From Patescibacteria group bacterium (GTDB taxonomy: Bacteria > Patescibacteriota > Patescibacteriia > Buchananbacterales > UBA6539), in contig JAVEXP010000001.1 of NCBI GenBank assembly GCA_034003985.1, positions 1,574-65,573 of the forward strand: a stretch of 64,000 nt of DNA, read 5' to 3'. The notes under the pieces are model-generated. The model was not told the DNA's origin, did no database searches, and worked only from the letters and a program-made list of their open reading frames with translations. Position 1 is the first letter of the stretch. Each line of letters starts with the position of its first letter. Shown here piece by piece: positions 61,829 to 64,000 of this stretch. Made by a program: the position numbers and the translations under genes.

Positions 61829-63055
61829 ATGCGATTCAAGTATATTGCCTTTGATGGCACCAATCAACTCAAAAAAGGTATAGTGGAAGCCGCCAATTTA
61901 AAAGAGGCCACCAGCCTGCTGATTGGTAAGGGTTGGTATGTTAGAAAAATTTCTCCTCAGGGTAAATTAGTCCATGGCGGCGCTAGTTTAAGTTTCGGCC
62001 GAGTGCCGTTGACCACCAAAGCCTTGTTCGTTAAGCATCTAGCGACAATGATAAAATCCGGCATCAATTTGTACGAAGCCTTGGAAGTGGTTGCCGAACA
62101 AACCGGTTCTCGAAAATTTAAACAGCTGATTACCGATGTACTGTCAATGATTAAAAAAGGCCAAAGCTTTGGCAATACTTTGGAAAAATATCCCAAAGAA
62201 TTTGATCCGCTGTTTGTAAATATTATCAAAGTCGGCGAGGAAAGCGGCACGCTTGAAGAGAATCTTGATTATTTGGCTAACGAGATGGAGGAACGGATAG
62301 AATTGCGACGCAATATTCAAGCGGCGGCGTTTTATCCGGCGATTGTTTTATTCGCGACTTTTGGATTGGGTTTAGTGTTAGCCTATTTTGTATTGCCAAA
62401 AATTACTAAATTATTTGATAGTTTGAATTTTAAATTGCCTTTTACTACCCGGTTATTGTTGGGGGTGGCCGAGCTGATGGATAAGCACGGTCTTTGGGTG
62501 ATAGCGATTACGGTCGGCAGTTTGATATTATTGCGACTGGTCTTAAAGCTCAAGGCGGTAAAGCCGTTATGGCATCGGGTGATGGTACGACTGCCATTGG
62601 TTGGCAATATTATCATCAATTATAATTTGGTGATTGTTAACCGGACTTTAGGGATTTTATTACGGGGTGGGTTAACCATTGATCGGGCTTTGACCATAAC
62701 CATTGGTACTACTAAAAATTATGAATTCAAACGACATCTCAGTAATGCTTTACCGCAGATTCAGCGCGGCAAAAGATTGGCCGATATTTTAGAAGCTCAG
62801 AAGCAATCGCGCCGACATCCGATTTTTCCGTTGCTGGCGACTAAAATGATTGGCGTTGGCGAACGCAGTGGCCGCTTGGAGGAATCTTTCAACTATTTGG
62901 CGGAATATTTTGAGAAAGAGGTTAGTAATGCCACTCGCAATCTAACCACCATCCTGGAACCGGTTTTGCTTTTGACAGTTGGTCTTATTGTTGGATTTGT
63001 CGCAGTTTCGGTCATTTCGCCGATTTATCAAATTACTTCTCAATTCAGGGGATAA
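61829..63055 (+). CDS. pilC: Second PilC/GspF platform protein
   Basis: GEESGTL, AAFYP, GERSGRL, ILEP. Confidence 0.93.
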   Translation: MRFKYIAFDGTNQLKKGIVEAANLKEATSLLIGKGWYVRKISPQGKLVHGGASLSFGRVPLTTKALFVKHLATMIKSGINLYEALEVVAEQTGSRKFKQLITDVLSMIKKGQSFGNTLEKYPKEFDPLFVNIIKVGEESGTLEENLDYLANEMEERIELRRNIQAAAFYPAIVLFATFGLGLVLAYFVLPKITKLFDSLNFKLPFTTRLLLGVAELMDKHGLWVIAITVGSLILLRLVLKLKAVKPLWHRVMVRLPLVGNIIINYNLVIVNRTLGILLRGGLTIDRALTITIGTTKNYEFKRHLSNALPQIQRGKRLADILEAQKQSRRHPIFPLLATKMIGVGERSGRLEESFNYLAEYFEKEVSNATRNLTTILEPVLLLTVGLIVGFVAVSVISPIYQITSQFRG

Positions 63056-63073
63056 TGATTAATTATTTTTTTA

Positions 63074-63526
63074 ATGATGGCCAAGGGTTTTACGCTGGTA
63101 GAATTATTGATTGTGTTTGCCATTTTGGGGATAGTGGCCGTATTTAGCATTCCTTTTATCCAATCTTTCCAGGTGAGTTCGGATTTATACACTCAGGCCG
63201 ATACTTTAACCAAAACTCTCCGCCGGGCCAGACAGCAGGCCATTATCGGCCAAAATCAAGCCGCTTGGGGGGTTTATTTTGATAATGGCAACAAGGAGTT
63301 TATTTTGTATCAGGGAACTGATTTTATTTCCCGTGATTCAAGTTTTGATACAGTATTTGAATATCCCCCGACATTCGAGCTGTCGACCGATTTTGGCCAA
63401 GAAGTTAATTTTAGAGTTTTTTCCGGAGATGCTTCGGTTAGCGGCACTGTTATTTTGACCAGTACGAACAATCAAAGTAGCAGGATTAATATTAATGATT
63501 CGGGGTTAATTGAAATCAATGACTGA
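63074..63526 (+). CDS. Minor pilin (FimT/GspH-like)
   Basis: KG|FTLVELLIVFAILG; LRRARQQA; WGVYF. Confidence 0.88.
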   Translation: MMAKGFTLVELLIVFAILGIVAVFSIPFIQSFQVSSDLYTQADTLTKTLRRARQQAIIGQNQAAWGVYFDNGNKEFILYQGTDFISRDSSFDTVFEYPPTFELSTDFGQEVNFRVFSGDASVSGTVILTSTNNQSSRININDSGLIEIND

Positions 63527-64000
63527 CAATACGATCAGGATCAACAAGGGTTTTAGTTTGGTGGAAGTAATTTTAGCCGTGGCGCTGTTTGGGATGTTTG
63601 CGACGGCTTTATTGGGATTGCTGATGAACTCATACGGCAGTGATGTTCAGGCTAGGCAGAAAGATTTGGCGACACTGTACGCCCAGGAAGGAATGGAGGC
63701 AGTTTGGTCAATTCGCCGGCAATCTTGGAATTTTTTAAATAACGGCACTTTTGGTTTGGATAACAGCGCCGGTTATTGGCAATTTTTAGAAGAAGCTGAT
63801 TTACTTGACGGCCGCTATACCAGAACCATAATAATCGCCGATGCCTGCCGTGATGGCGGAAGTAATTTAGTGGATTGCCTGACGCCAGGAGCAACAGTCG
63901 ATTTGTATGCAAAAAAAGTTATTTCTAAAGTAGACTATGCCTCAATTAATGGTATTGCTAATTCAGTTGAACTTTCGGCTTATTTGACAGCTTGGCAATC
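63519..64000 (+). CDS. Minor pilin (PilV-like), runs off the window edge
   Basis: ATG 63519: MTDNTIRINKG|FSLVEVILAVALFG...ATLYAQEGMEAVWSIR. Confidence 0.85.
   Translation, partial: MTDNTIRINKGFSLVEVILAVALFGMFATALLGLLMNSYGSDVQARQKDLATLYAQEGMEAVWSIRRQSWNFLNNGTFGLDNSAGYWQFLEEADLLDGRYTRTIIIADACRDGGSNLVDCLTPGATVDLYAKKVISKVDYASINGIANSVELSAYLTAWQ

Overview
Chromosomal window from a bacterium using the standard genetic code, most likely Patescibacteria/CPR (Parcubacteria-like). This is inferred from the PrgI/VirB4-like cluster, abundant type IV pilus genes, GWAW-repeat surface proteins, tRNA-Arg(GCG) and rare Shine-Dalgarno sites. Housekeeping genes are metK, comF, recG, radA, clpC, htpX, lemA, ligA, gatCA, dnaG and rpoD. 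A large type IV pilus locus (pilM/N/O, pilB, degenerate pilT, pilC, pilins, pilD, minor pilins) contains two near-duplicate major pilin genes that bracket a cassette of three GT-C-type membrane glycosyltransferases and a damaged methyltransferase. A second pilB-pilC-pilin locus runs off the right edge. There are five tRNA genes, an AT-rich restriction-modification islet at tRNA-Ser and an orphan GC-rich glgC. Most notable observations: (1) all three tRNA genes without an encoded CCA sit inside ~15-bp leader-trailer helices, while the two CCA-encoding genes do not; (2) a ~300-nt highly structured G-rich intergenic element lies between glgC and gatC; (3) an unexplained operon combines a HisC-like aminotransferase, a P-loop kinase/PRTase fusion and a CYTH triphosphatase; (4) the pilin-flanked glycosylation cassette. 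All calls come from motif reading by eye; no database searches were run.
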